A stretch of 64,000 nt of DNA from the human T2T-CHM13v2.0 reference genome, Homo sapiens, in the NCBI RefSeq assembly GCF_009914755.1, contig NC_060943.1. One strand, given 5' to 3'. The number at the start of each line of letters is the position of its first letter. The stretch's first letter is position 1. The notes under the pieces were generated by a model. The model had not been told where the DNA came from, made no database searches, and saw only the letters and a program-made list of their open reading frames with translations. Shown in pieces: positions 1-12,700 of this stretch. A program made the translations under genes and the position numbers.

Positions 1-34
1 GAAACGGGTTTTTTTCATGTAAGGCTAGACAGAA

Positions 35-1053
35 GAATTCTCAGTAACTTCCCTGTGTTGTGTGTTTTCAACTGACAGAGTTGAACTTTCATTTAGAGAG
101 AGCAGATTTGAAACACTGTTTTTGTGGAATTTGCAAGTGGAGATTTCAAGCGTTTTGGAGCCAAAGGCAGAAAAGGAAATATCTTCGTATAAAAACTAGA
201 CAGAATCATTCTCAGAAACCGCTCTGTGATGTGTGCGTTCAACTCTCAGAGTTTAACTTTTCTTTTCATTTAGCAGTTTGGAAACTCTCGGGTTGTAAAG
301 TCTGCACGTGGATATTTTGAACACTTAGAGGCCTTCGTTGGAAACGGGTTTTTTTCATGTAAGGCTAGACAGAAAAATTCCCAGTAACTTCCTTGTGTTG
401 TGTGCATTCAACTCACAGAGATGAACGTTCCCTTCGACAGAGCAGATTTGAAACACTCTATTTGTGCAATTTGCCAGTGTAGATTTCAAGCGCTTTAAGG
501 TCAATGGCAGAAAAGGAAATATCTTCGTTTCAAAACTAGACAGAATCATTCCCACAAACTGCGTTGTGATGTGTTGGTTCAACTCACAGAGTTTAACCTT
601 TCTGTTCATAGAGCAGTTAGGAAACACTCTGTTTGTAAAGTCTGTAAGTGGATATTCTGACATCCTGTGGCCTTCGTTGGAAACGGGATTTCTTCATATT
701 CTGCTAGACAGAAGAATTCTCAGTAACTTCCTTGTGTTGTGTGTATTCAACTCACAGAGTTGAACGATCCTTTACACAGAGCAGTCTTGAAACACTCTTT
801 TTGTGGAATTTGCAAGTGGAGATTTCTGCTGCTTTGAGGTCAATGGTAGAATAGGAAATATCTTCCTATAGAAACTAGACAGAATGATTCTCAGAAACTC
901 CTTTGTGATGTGGGCGTTCAACTCACAGAGTTTAACCTTTCTTTTCATAGAGCAGTTAGGAAACACTCTGTTTGTAAAGTCTGCACGTGGATACTTGGAC
1001 TTCTTTGAGGCCTTCGTTGGAAACGGGTTTTTTTCATGTAAGGCTAGACAGAA
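35..1053 (+). repeat. Example 6-mer HOR unit (A-B-C, 1019 bp)
   Basis: Runs from the GAATTC at 35 to the GAATTC at 1054, each opening an A dimer. A is marked by CTGACAGAGTTGAACTTTCATTTAGAGAG and CCAAAGGCAG; B by GAGATGAACGTTCCC and CCCACAAACTGCGTTG; C by GAACGATCCTTTAC and TTGGACTTCTTTGAGG. 14 intervals of this length occur in the window, two of them ending at chimeric A anchors. Confidence 0.93.
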
Positions 1054-2412
1054 GAATTCTCAGTAACTTCCTTGTGTTGTGTGTATTCAACTGACAGAGT
1101 TGAACTTTCATTTAGAGAGAGTAGATTTGAAACACTGTTTTTGTGGAATTTGCAAGTGGAGATTTCAAGCGCTTTGGGGCCAAAGGCAGAAAAGGAAATA
1201 TCTTCGTAGAAAAACTAGACAGAATCATTCTCAGAAACTGCTCTGTGATGTGTGCGTTCAACTCTCAGAGTTTAACTTTTCTTTTCATTCAGCAGTTTGG
1301 AAACACTCTGTTTGTAAAGTCTGCACGTGGATATTTTGACCACTTAGAGGCCTTCGTTGGAAACGGGTTTTCTTCATGTAAGGCTAGACAGAAGAATTCC
1401 CAGTAACTTCCTTGTGTTGTGTGCATTCAACTCACACAGATGAACGTTCCCTTAGACAGAGCAGATTTGAAACACTCTATTTGTGCAATTTGCAAGTGTA
1501 GATTTCAAGCGCTTTAAGGTCAATGGCAGAAAAGGAAATATCTTCGTTTCAAAACTAGACAGAATCATTCCCACAAACTGCGTTGTGATGTGTTCGTTCA
1601 ACTCACAGAGTTTAACCTTTCTGTTCATAGAGCAGTTAGGAAACACTCTGTTTGTAAAGTCTGTAAGTGGATATTCTGACATCTTGTGGCCTTCGTTGGA
1701 AACGGGATTTCTTCATATTCTGCTAGACAGAAGAATTCTAAGTAACTTCATTGTGTTGTGTGTATTCAACTCACAGAGTTTACCGATCCTTTACACAGAG
1801 CTGACCTGAAACACTCTTTTTGTCGAATTTGCAAGTGGAGATTTCAGCCGCTTTGAGGTCAATGGTAGAATAGGAAATATCTTCCTATGGAAACTCGACA
1901 GAATGATTCTCAGAAACTCCTTTGTGATGTGTGCGTTGAACTCACAGAGTTTAACCTTTCTTTTCATAGAGCAGTTAGGAAACACTCTGTTTGTAAAGTC
2001 TGCAAGTGGATATTAAGACCTCTTTGAGGCCTTCGTTGGAAACGGGATTTCTTCATATTCTGCTAGACAGAAGAATTCTCAGTAACTTCCTTGTGTTGTG
2101 TGTATTGAACTCACAGAGTTGAACGATCCTTTACACAGAGCAGTCTTGAAACACTGTTTTTGTGGAATTTGCAAGTGGAGATTTCTGCCGCTTTGAGGTC
2201 AATGGTAGAATAGGAAATATCTTCCTATAGAAACTAGACAGAATGATTCTCAGAAACTCCTTTGTGATGTGGGCGTTCAACTCACAGAGTTTAACCTTTC
2301 TTTTCATAGAGCAGTTAGGAAACACTCTGTTTGTAAAGTCTACACGTGGATATTTGGACTTCTTTGAGGCCTTCGTTGGAAACGGGTTTTTTTCATGTAA
2401 GGCTAGACGGAG
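1054..2412 (+). repeat. Example 8-mer HOR variant (A-B-D-C, 1359 bp), the commonest unit in the window
   Basis: Runs from GAATTC 1054 to GAATTC 2413, with one extra D dimer (GACCTCTTTGAGGCC...GGGATTTCTTCATATTCTG) between B and C. 24 of 45 A-to-A intervals are 1358-1361 bp. Confidence 0.93.
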
Positions 2413-3773
2413 GAATTCTCAGTAACTTCCTTGTGTTGTGTGTATTCAACTGACAGAGTTGAACTTTCATTTAGAGAGAGCAGATTTGAAACACTGTTTT
2501 TGTGGAATTTGCAAGTGGAGATTTCAAGCGCTTTGGGGCCAAAGGCAGAAAAGGTAATATCTTCGTATAAAAACTAGACAGAATCATTCTCAGAAACCGC
2601 TCTGTGATGTGTGCGTTCAACTCGCAGAGTTTAACTTTTCTTTTCATTCAGCAGTTTGGAAACACTCTGTTTGTAAAGTCTGCACGTGGATATTTTGACC
2701 ACTTAGAGGCCTTCGTTGGAAACGGGTTTTTTTTCATGTAAGGCTACACAGAAGAATTCTCAGTAACTTCCTTGTGTTGTGTGCATTCAACTCACAGAGA
2801 TGAACGTTACCTTAGACAGAGCAGATTTGAAACTCTCTATTTGTGCAATTTGCAAGAGTAGATTTCAAGCGCTTTAAGGTCAATGGCAGAAAAGGAAATA
2901 TCTTCGTTTGAAAACTAGACAGAATCATTCTCACAAACTACGTTGTGATGTGTTCGTTCAACTCACAGAGTTTAAACTTTCTGTTCATAGAGCAGTTAGG
3001 AAACATTCTGTTTGTAAAGTCTGTAAGTGGATATTCTGACATCTTGTGGCCTTCGTTGGAAACGGGATTTCTTCATATTCTGCTAGACAGAAGAATTCTC
3101 AGAAACTTCTTTGTGTTGTGTGTATTTAACTCACAGAGTTGAACGATCCTTTACACAGAGCAGACTTGAAACACTCTTTTTGTGGAATTTGCAAGTGGAG
3201 ATTTCAGCCGCTTTGAGGTCAACGGTAGAATAGGAAATATCTTCCTATAGAAACTAGACAGAATGATTCTCAGAAACTCCTTTGTGATGTGTGCGTTCAA
3301 CTCACAGAGTTTAACCTTTCTTTTCATAGAGCAGTTAGGAAACACTCTGGTTGTAAAGTCTGCAAGTGGATATTTTGACCACTTAGAGGCCTTCGTTGGA
3401 AACGGGTTTTTTTTCATGTAAGGCTAGACAGAAGAATTCCCAGTAACTTCCTTGTGTTGTGTGCATTCAACTCACAGAGATGAACGTTCGCTTAGACAGA
3501 GCAGATTTGAAACACTCTATTTGTGCAATTTGCAAGTGTAGATTTCAAGCGCTTTAAGGTCAATGGCAGAAAAGGAAATATCTTCGTTTCAAAACTAGAC
3601 AGAATCATTCCCACAAACTGCGTTGTGATGTGTTCGTTCAACTCACAGAGTTTAACCTTTCTTTTCATAGAGCAGTTAGGAAACACTCTGGTTGTAAAGT
3701 CTGCAAGTGGATATTCAGACCTCTTTGAGGCCTTCGTTGGAAACGGGATTTCTTCATATTCTGCTAGACAGAA

Positions 3774-5473
3774 GAATTCTCAGTAACTTCCTTGTGTTGT
3801 GTGTACTCAACTCACAGAGTTGAACGATCCTTTACACAGAGCAGTCTTGAAAAACTCTTTTTGTGGAATTTGCAAGTGGAGATTTCTGCTGCTTTGAGGT
3901 CAATGGTAGAATAGGAAATATCTTCCTATAGAAACTAGACAGAATGATTCTCAGAAACTCCTTTGTGATGTGGGCGTTCAACTCACAGAGTTTAACCTTT
4001 CTTTTCATAGAGCAGTTAGGAAACACTCTGTTTGTAAAGTCTGCTCGTGGATATTCAGACCTCTTTGAGGCCGTCTTTGGAAACGGGATTTCTTCATATT
4101 CTGCTAGACAGAAGAATTCTCAGTAACTTCCTTGTGTTGTGTGTATTCAACTCACAGAGTTGAACGATCCTTTACACAGAGCAGACTTGAAACACTCTTT
4201 TTGTGGAATTTGCAAGTGGAGATTTCAGCTGCTTTGAGGTCAATGGTAGAATAGGAAATATCTTCCTATAGAAACTAGACAGAATGATTCTCAGAAACTC
4301 CTTTGTGATGTGTGCGTTCAACTCACAGAGTTTAACCTTTCTTTTCATAGAGCAGTTAGGAAACACTCTGTTTGTAAAGTCTGCAAGTGGATATTCAGAC
4401 CTCTTAGAGGCCATCGTTGGAAACGGGATTTCTTCATATTCTGCTAGAGAGAAGAATTCTCAGTAACTTCCTTGTGTTGTGTGTATTCAACTCACAGAGT
4501 TCAACGATGCTTTACACAGAGTAGACTTGAAACACACTTTTTGTTGAATTTGCAAGTGGAGATTTCAGCCGCTTTGAGGTCAATGGTAGAATAGGAAATA
4601 TCTTCCTATAGAAACTAGACAGAATGATTCTCAGAAACTCCTTTGTGATGTGTGCGCTCAACTCACAGAGTTCAACCTTTCTTTTCATAGAGCAGTTAGG
4701 AAACACTCTGTTTGTAAAGTCTGCAAGTGGATATTCAGACCTCTTTGAGGCCTTCGTAGGAAACGGGATTTCTTCATATTATGCTAGACAGAAGAATTCT
4801 CAGTAACTTCCTTGTGTTGTGTGTATTCACCTCACAGAGTTGAACGATCCTTTACACAGAGCAGACTTGAAACACTCTTTTTGTGGAATTTGCAAGTGGA
4901 GATTTCAGCCGCTTTGAGGTCAATGGTAGAATAGGAAATATCTTCCTATAGAAACTAGACAGAATGATTCTCAGAAACTTCTTTGTGATGTGTGCGTTCA
5001 ACTCACAGAGTTTAACATTTCTTTTCATAGAGCAGTTAGGAAACACTCTGGTTGTAAAGTCTGCAAGTGGATATTAAGACCTCTTTGAGGCCTTCGTTGG
5101 AAACGGGATTTCTTCATATTCTGCTAGACAGAAGAATTCTCAGTAACTTCTTTGTGTTGTGTGTATTCAACTCACAGAGTTGAACGATCCTTTACACAGA
5201 GCAGACTTGAAACACTCTTTTTGTGGAATTTGCAAGTGGAGATTTCAGCCGCTTTGAGGTCAATGGTAGAATAGGAAATATCTTCCTATAGAAACTAGAC
5301 AGAATGATTCTCAGAAACTCCTTTGTGATGTGTGCGTTCAACTCACAGAGTTTAACCTTTCTTTTCATAGAGCAGTTAGGAAACACTCTGGTTGTAAAGT
5401 CTGCAAGTGGATATTTAGACCTCTTTGAGGCCTTCGTTGGAAACGAGATTTCTTCATATTCTGCTAGACAGAA
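3774..5473 (+). repeat. Run of five consecutive D-type dimers
   Basis: Dimers start at 3774, 4114, 4454, 4794 and 5134. All have the GAACGATCC/GAACGATGC-type first monomer and the GACCTCTT...GATTTCTTCATATT second monomer, with no A or B markers. Confidence 0.9.
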
Positions 5474-8400
5474 CAATTCTCAGTAACTTCCTTTTGTTGT
5501 GTGTATTCAACTCACAGAGTTGAACGATCCTTTACACAGAGCAGTCTTGAAACACTCTTTTTGTGGAATTTGCAAGTGGAGATTTCTGCCGCATTGAGGT
5601 CAATGGCAGAATAGGAAATATCTTCCTATAGAAACTAGACAGAATGATTCTCAGAAACTCCTTTGTGATGTGGGCGTTCAACTCACAGAGTTTAACCTTT
5701 CTTTTCATAGAGCAGTTAGGAAACACTCTGTTTGTAAAGTCTGCACGTGGATACTTGGACTTCTTTGAGGCCTTCGTTGGAAACGGTTTTTTCTCATGTA
5801 AGGCTAGACAGAAGAATTCTCAGTAACTTCCTTGTGTGGTGTGTATTCCACTGACAGAGTTGAACTTTCATTTAGAGAGAGCAGATTTGAAACACTGTTT
5901 TTGTGGAATTTGCAAGTGGAGATTTCAAGCGCTTTGGGGCCAAAGGCAGAAAAGGAAATATCTTCGTATAAAAACTAGACAGAATCATTCTCTGAAACTG
6001 CTCTGTGATGTGTGCGTTCAACTCTCAGAGTTTAACTTTTCTTTTCATTCAGCAGTTTGGAAACACTCTGTTTGTAAAGTCTGCACGTGGATATTTTGAA
6101 CACTTAGAGGCCTTCGTTGGAAACGGGTTTTTTTCATGTAAGGCTAGACAGAAGAATTCCCAGTAACTTCCTTGTGTTGTGTGCATTCAACTCACAGAGA
6201 TGAACGTTCCCTTAGACAGAGCAGATTTGAAACACTCTATTTGTGCAATTTGCAAGTGTAGATTTCAAGCGCTTTAAGGTCAAAGGCAGAAAAGAAAATA
6301 TCTTCGTTTCAAAACTAGACAGAATCATTCCCACAAACTGCGTTGTGATGTGGTCGTTCAACTCACAGAGTTTAACCTTTCTGTTCATAGAGCAGTTAGG
6401 AAACACTCTGTTTGTAAAGTCTGTAAGTGGATATTCTGACATCTTGTGGCCTTCGTTGGAAACGGGATTTCTTCATATTCTGCTAGACAGAAGAATTCTC
6501 AGTAACTTCTTTGTGTTGTGTGTATTCAACTCACAGAGTTGAACGATCCTTTACACAGAGCAGACTTGAAACACTCTTTTTGTGGAATTTGCAAGTGGAG
6601 ATTTCAGCCGCTTTGAGGTCAATGGTAGAATAGGAAATATCTTCCTATAGAAACTAGACAGAATGATTCTCAGAAACTCCTTTGTGATGTGGGCGTTCAA
6701 CTCACAGAGTTTAACCTTTCTTTTCATAGAGCAGTTAGGAAACACTCTGTTTGTAAAGTCTGCACGTGGATACTTGGACTTCTTTGAGGCCTTCGTTGGA
6801 AACGGGTTTTTTTCATGTAAGGCTAGACAGAAGAATTCTCAGTAACTTCCTTGTGTTGTGTGTATTCAACTGACAGAGTTGAACTTTCATTTAGAGAGAG
6901 CAGATTTGAAACACTGTTTTTGTGGAATTTGCAAGTGGAGATTTCATGCGCTTTGGGGCCAAAGGCAGAAAAGGAAATATCTTCGTATAAAAACTAGACA
7001 GAATCATTCTCAGAAACCGCTCTGTGATGTGTGCGTTCAACTCTCAGAGTTTAACTTTTCTTTTCATTCAGCAGTTTGGAAACACTCTGTTTGTAAAGTC
7101 TCCACGTGGATATTTTGACCACTTAGAAGCCTTCGTTGGAAACGAGTTTTTTTTCATGTAAGGCTAGACAGAAGAATTCCCAGTAACTTCCTTTTGTTGT
7201 GTGCATTCAACTCACAGAGATGAACGTTCGCTTAGACAGAGCAGATTTGAAACACTCTATTTGTGCAATTTGCAAGTGTAGATTTCAAGCGCTTTAAGGT
7301 CAATGGCAGAAAAGGAAATATCTTCGTTTCAAAACTAGACAGAATCATTCCCACAAACTGCGTTGTGATGTGTTCGTTCAACTCACAGAGTTTAACCTTT
7401 CTGTTCATTGAGCAGTGAGGAAACACTCTGTTTGTAAAGTCTGTAAGTGGGTATTCTGACATCTTGTGGCCTTCGTTGGAAACGGGATTTCTTCATATTC
7501 TGCTAGACAGAAGAATTCTCAGTAACTTCTTTGTGTTGTGTGTATTCAACTCACAGAGTTGAACGATCCTTTACACAGAGCAGACTTGAAACACTCTTTT
7601 TGTGGAATTTGCAAGTGGAGATTTCAGCCGCTTTGAGGTCAATGGTAGAATAGGAAATATCTTCCTATAGAAACTAGACAGAATGATTCTCAGAAACTTC
7701 TTTGTGATGTGTGCGTTCAACTCACAGAGTTTAACATTTCTTTTCATAGAGCAGTTAGGAAACACTCTGGTTGTAAAGTCTGCAAGTGGATATTAAGACC
7801 TCTTTGAGGCCTTCGTTGGAAACGGGATTTCTTCATATTCTGCTAGACAGAAGAATTCTCAGTAACTTCTTTGTGTTGTGTGTATTCAACTCACAGAGTT
7901 GAACGATCCTTTACACAGAGCAGACTTGAAACACTCTTTTTGTGGAATTTGCAAGTGGAGATTTCAGCCGCTTTGAGGTCAATGGTAGAATAGGAAATAT
8001 CTTCCTATAGAAACTAGACAGAATGATTCTCAGAAACTCCTTTGTGATGTGTGCGTTCAACTCACAGAGTTTAACCTTTCTTTTCATAGAGCAGTTAGGA
8101 AACACTCTGGTTGTAAAGTCTGCAAGTGGATATTTAGACCTCTTTGAGGCCTTCGTTGGAAACGGGATTTCTTCATATTCTGCTAGACAGAACAATTCTC
8201 AGTAACTTCCTTGTGTTGTGTGTATTCAACTCACAGAGTTGAACGATCCTTTACACAGAGCAGTCTTGAAACACTCTTTTTGTGGAATTTGCAAGTGGAG
8301 ATTTCTGCCGCATTGAGGTCAATGGTAGAATAGGAAATATCTTCCTATAGAAACTAGACAGAATGATTCTCAGAAACTCCTTTGTGATGTGGGCGTTCAA

Positions 8401-9280
8401 CTCACAGAGTTTAACCTTTCTTTTCATAGAGCAGTTAGGAAACACTCTGTTTGTAAAGTCTGCACGTGGATACTTGGACTTCTTTGAGGCCTTCGTTGGA
8501 AACGGTTTTTTCTCATGTAAGGCTAGACAGAAGAATTCTCAGTAACTTCCTTGTGTGGTGTGTATTCCACTGACAGAGTTGAACTTTCATTTAGAGAGAG
8601 CAGATTTGAAACACTGTTTTTGTGGAATTTGCAAGTGGAGATTTCAAGCGCTTTGGGGCCAAAGGCAGAAAAGGAAATATCTTCGTATAAAAACTAGACA
8701 GAATCATTCTCTGAAACTGCTCTGTGATGTGTGCGTTCAACTCTCAGAGTTTAACTTTTCTTTTCATTCAGCAGTTTGGAAACACTCTGTTTGTAAAGTC
8801 TGCACGTGCATATTTTGAACACTTAGAGGCCTTCTTTGGAAACGGGTTTTTTTCATGTAAGGCTAGACAGAAGAATTCCCAGTAACTTCCTTGTGTTGTG
8901 TGCATTCAACTCACAGAGATGAACGTTCCCTTAGACAGAGCAGATTTGAAACACTCTATTTGTGCAATTTGCAAGTGTAGATTTCAAGCGCTTTAAGGTC
9001 AAAGGCAGAAAAGAAAATATCTTCGTTTCAAAACTAGACAGAATCATTCCCACAAACTGCGTTGTGATGTGTTCGTTCAACTCACAGAGTTTAACCTTTC
9101 TGTTCATAGAGCAGTTAGGAAACACTCTGTTTGTAAAGTCTGTAAGTGGATATTCTGACATCTTGTGGCCTTCGTTGGAAACGGGATTTCTTCATATTCT
9201 GCTAGACAGAAGAATTCTCAGTAACTTCTTTGTGTTGTGTGTATTCAACTCACAGAGTTGAACGATCCTTTACACAGAGC
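4820..9280 (+). repeat. Local duplication: ~4820-6560 copied at ~7540-9280 (offset 2719 bp, 16 monomers)
   Basis: Rare variants shared at a constant offset: AAACTTCTTTG plus TTTAACATTT, GAACAATTC, CCGCATTGAGG, AAACGGTTTTTTCTCATG, GTGGTGTGTATTCCAC, TCTGAAACTG, CAAAGGCAGAAAAGAAAATA. ORF pairs 4852/7571, 5532/8251, 5836/8555 and 6212/8931. Ends are approximate. Confidence 0.88.
6833..8532 (+). repeat. 10-mer HOR variant (A-B-D-D-C, 1700 bp); others at ~20419-22119 and ~36057-37755
   Basis: A-to-A spacings are 1700, 1701 and 1699 bp, each with two D dimers between B and C. Confidence 0.9.
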
Positions 9281-9799
9281 CGAATTGAAACACTCTTTTT
9301 GTGGAATTTGCAATTGGAGATTTCTGCCGCTTTGAGGTCAATGGTAGAATAGGAAATATCTTCCTATAGAAACTAGACAGAATGATTCTCAGAAACTCCT
9401 TTGTGATGTGTGCGTTCAACTCACAGAGTTTAACCTTTCTTTTCATAGAGCAGTTAGGAAACACTCTGGTTGTAAATTCTGCAAGTGGATATTAAGACCT
9501 CTTTGAGGCCTTCGTTGGAAACTGGATTTCTTCATATTCTGCTAGACAAAAGAATTCTCAGTAACTTCCTTGTGTTGTGTGTATTCAACTCACAGAGTTG
9601 AACGATCCTTTACACAGAGCAGTCTTGAAACACTCTTTTTGTGGAATTTGCAAGTGGAGATTTCTGCCGCTTTGAGGTCAATGGTAGAATAGGAAATATC
9701 TTCCTATACAAACTAGACAGAATGATTCTCAGAAACTCCTTTGTGATGTGGGCGTTCAACTCACAGAGTTTAACCTTTCTTTTCATAGAGCAGTTAGGA

Positions 9800-12700
9800 A
9801 ACACTCTGTTTGTTAAGTCTGCACGTGGATACTTGGACTTCTTTGAGGCCTTCGTTGGAAACGGGTTTTTTTCATGTAAGGCTGGACAGAAGAATTCTCA
9901 GTAACTTCCTTGTGTTGTGTGTATTCAACTCACAGAGTTGAATGATCCTTTACAGAGAGCAGACTTGAAACACTCTTTTTGTGGAATTTGCAAGTGGAGA
10001 TTTCAGCCGCTTTGAGGTCAATGGTAGAATAGGAAATATCTTCCTATAGAAACTAGACAGAATGATTCTCAGAAACTCCTTTGTGATGTTTGCTTTCAAA
10101 TCACAGAGTTTAACCTTTCTTTTCATAGAGCAGTTAGGAAACACTCTGGTTGTAAAGTCTGCAAGTGGATATTTTGACCACTTAGAGGTCTTCGTTGGAA
10201 ACGGGTTTTTTTCATGTAAGGCTAGACAGAAGAATTCCCAGTAACTTCCTTGTGTTGTGTGCATTCAACTCACAGAGATGAACGTTCCCTTAGACAGAGC
10301 AGATTTGAAACACTCTATTTGTGCAATTTGCAAGTGTAGATTTCAAGCGCTTTAAGGTCAATGGCAGAAAAGGAAATATCTTCGTTTCAAAACTAGACAG
10401 AATCATTCCCACAAACTGCGTTGTGATGTGTTCGTTCAACTCACAGAGTTTAACCTTTCTGTTCATAGAGCAGTTAGGAAACACTCTGTTGTAAAGTCTG
10501 TAAGTGGATATTCTGACATCTTGTGGCCTTCGTTGGAAACGGGATTTCTTCATATTCTGCTAGACAGAAGAATTCTCAGTAACTTCTTTGTGTTGTGTGT
10601 ATTCAACTCACAGAGTTGAATGATCCTTTACAGAGAGCAGACTTGAAACACTCTTTTTGTGGAATTTGCAAGTGGAGATTTCAGCCGCTTTGAGGTCAAT
10701 GGTAGAATAGGAAATATCTTCCTATAGAAACTAGACAGAATGATTCTCAGAAACTCCTTTGTGATGTTTGCTTTCAAATCACAGAGTTTAACCTTTCTTT
10801 TCATAGAGCAGTTAGGAAACACTCTGGTTGTAAAGTCTGCAAGTGGATATTCAGACCTCTTTGAGGCCTTCGTTGGAAACGGGATTTCTTCATATTCTGC
10901 TAGACAGAAGAATTCTCAGTAACTTCCTTGTGTTGTGTGTATTCAACTCACAGAGTTGAACGATCCTTTACACAGAGCAGTCTTGAAACACTCTTTTTGT
11001 GGAATTTGCAAGTGGAGATTTCTGCTGCTTTGAGGTCAATGGTAGAATAGGAAATATCTTCCTATAGAAACTAGACAGAATGATTCTCAGAAACTCCTTT
11101 GTGATGTGGGCGTTCAACTCACAGAGTTTAACCTTTCTTTTCATAGAGCAGTTAGGAAACACTCTGTTTGTTAAGTCTGCACGTGGATACTTGGACTTCT
11201 TTGAGGCCTTCGTTGGAAACGGGTTTTTTTCATGTAAGGCTGGACAGAAGAATTCTCAGTAACTTCCTTGTGTTGTGTGTATTCAACTGACAGAGTTGAA
11301 CTTTCATTTAGAGAGAGCAGATTTGAAACACTGTTTTTGTGGAATTTGCAAGTGGAGATTTCAAGCGCTTTGGGGCCAAAGGCAGAAAAGGAAATATCTT
11401 CGTATAAAAACTAGACAGAATCATTCTCAGAAACCGCTCTGTGATGTGTGCGTTCAACTCTCAGAGTTTAACTTTTCTTTCCATTCAGCAGTTTGGAAAC
11501 ACTCTGTTTGAAAAGTCTGCACGTGGATATTTTGACCACTTAGAGGTCTTCGTTGGAAACGGGTTTTTTTCATGTAAGGCTAGACAGAAGAATTCCCAGT
11601 AACTTCCTTGTGTTGTGTGCATTCAACTCACAGAGATGAGCGTTCCCTTAGACAGAGCAGATTTGAAACACTCTATTTGTGCAATTTGCAAGTGTAGATT
11701 TCAAGCGCTTTAAGGTCAATGGCAGAAAAGGAAATATCTTCGTTTCAAAACTAGACAGAATCATTCCCACAAACTGCGTTGTGATGTGTTCGTTCAACTC
11801 ACAGAGTTTAACCTTTCTGTTCATAGAGCAGTTAGGAAACACTCTGTTTGTAAAGTCTGTAAGTGGATATTCTGACATCTTGTGGCCTTCGTTGGAAACG
11901 GGATTTCTTCATATTCTGCTAGACAGAAGAATTCTCAGTAACTTCCTTGTGTTGTGTGTATTCAACTCACACAGTTGAACGATCCTTTACACAGAGCAGA
12001 CTTGAAACACTCTTTTTGTGGAATTTGCAAGTGGAGATTTCAGCCGCTTTGAGGTCAATGGTAGAATAGGAAATATCTTCCTATAGAAACTAGACAGAAT
12101 GATTCTCAGAAACTGCTTTGTGATGTGTGCTTTCAAATCACAGAGTTTAACCTTTCTTTTCATAGAGCAGTTAGGAAACACTCTGGTTGTAAAGTCTGCA
12201 AGTGGATATTCAGACCTCTTTGAGGCCTTCGTTGGAAACGGGATTTCTTCATATTCTGCTAGACAGAAGAATTCTCAGTAACTTCCTTGTGTTGTGTGTA
12301 TTCAACTCACAGAGTTGAACGATCCTTTACACAGAGCAGTCTTGAAACACTCTTTTTGTGGAATTTGCAAGTGGAGATTTCTGCTGCTTTGAGGTCAATG
12401 GTAGAACAGGAAATATCTTCCTATAGAAACTAGACAGAATGATTCTCAGAAACTCCTTTGTGATGTGGGCGTTCAACTCACAGAGTTTAACCTTTCTTTT
12501 CATAGAGCAGTTAGGAAACACTCTGTTTGTAAAGTCTGCACGTGGATACTTGGACTTCTTTGAGGCCTTCGTTGGAAACGGGTTTTTTTCATGTAAGGCT
12601 GGACAGAAGAATTCTCAGTAACTTCCTTGTGTTGTGTGTATTCAACTGACAGAGTTGAACTTTCATTTAGAGAGAGCAGATTTCAAACACTGTTTTTGTG

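Noticed and set aside
305-310. Repeated E-box CACGTG in A and C dimers
   Set aside because: A 6-bp match propagated by the repeat; sequence alone gives no evidence of function.
340-360. GGG followed by a T-run resembling a Rho-independent or Pol III terminator
   Set aside because: There is no GC-rich hairpin or transcription unit; it is a fixed part of the A and C dimers.
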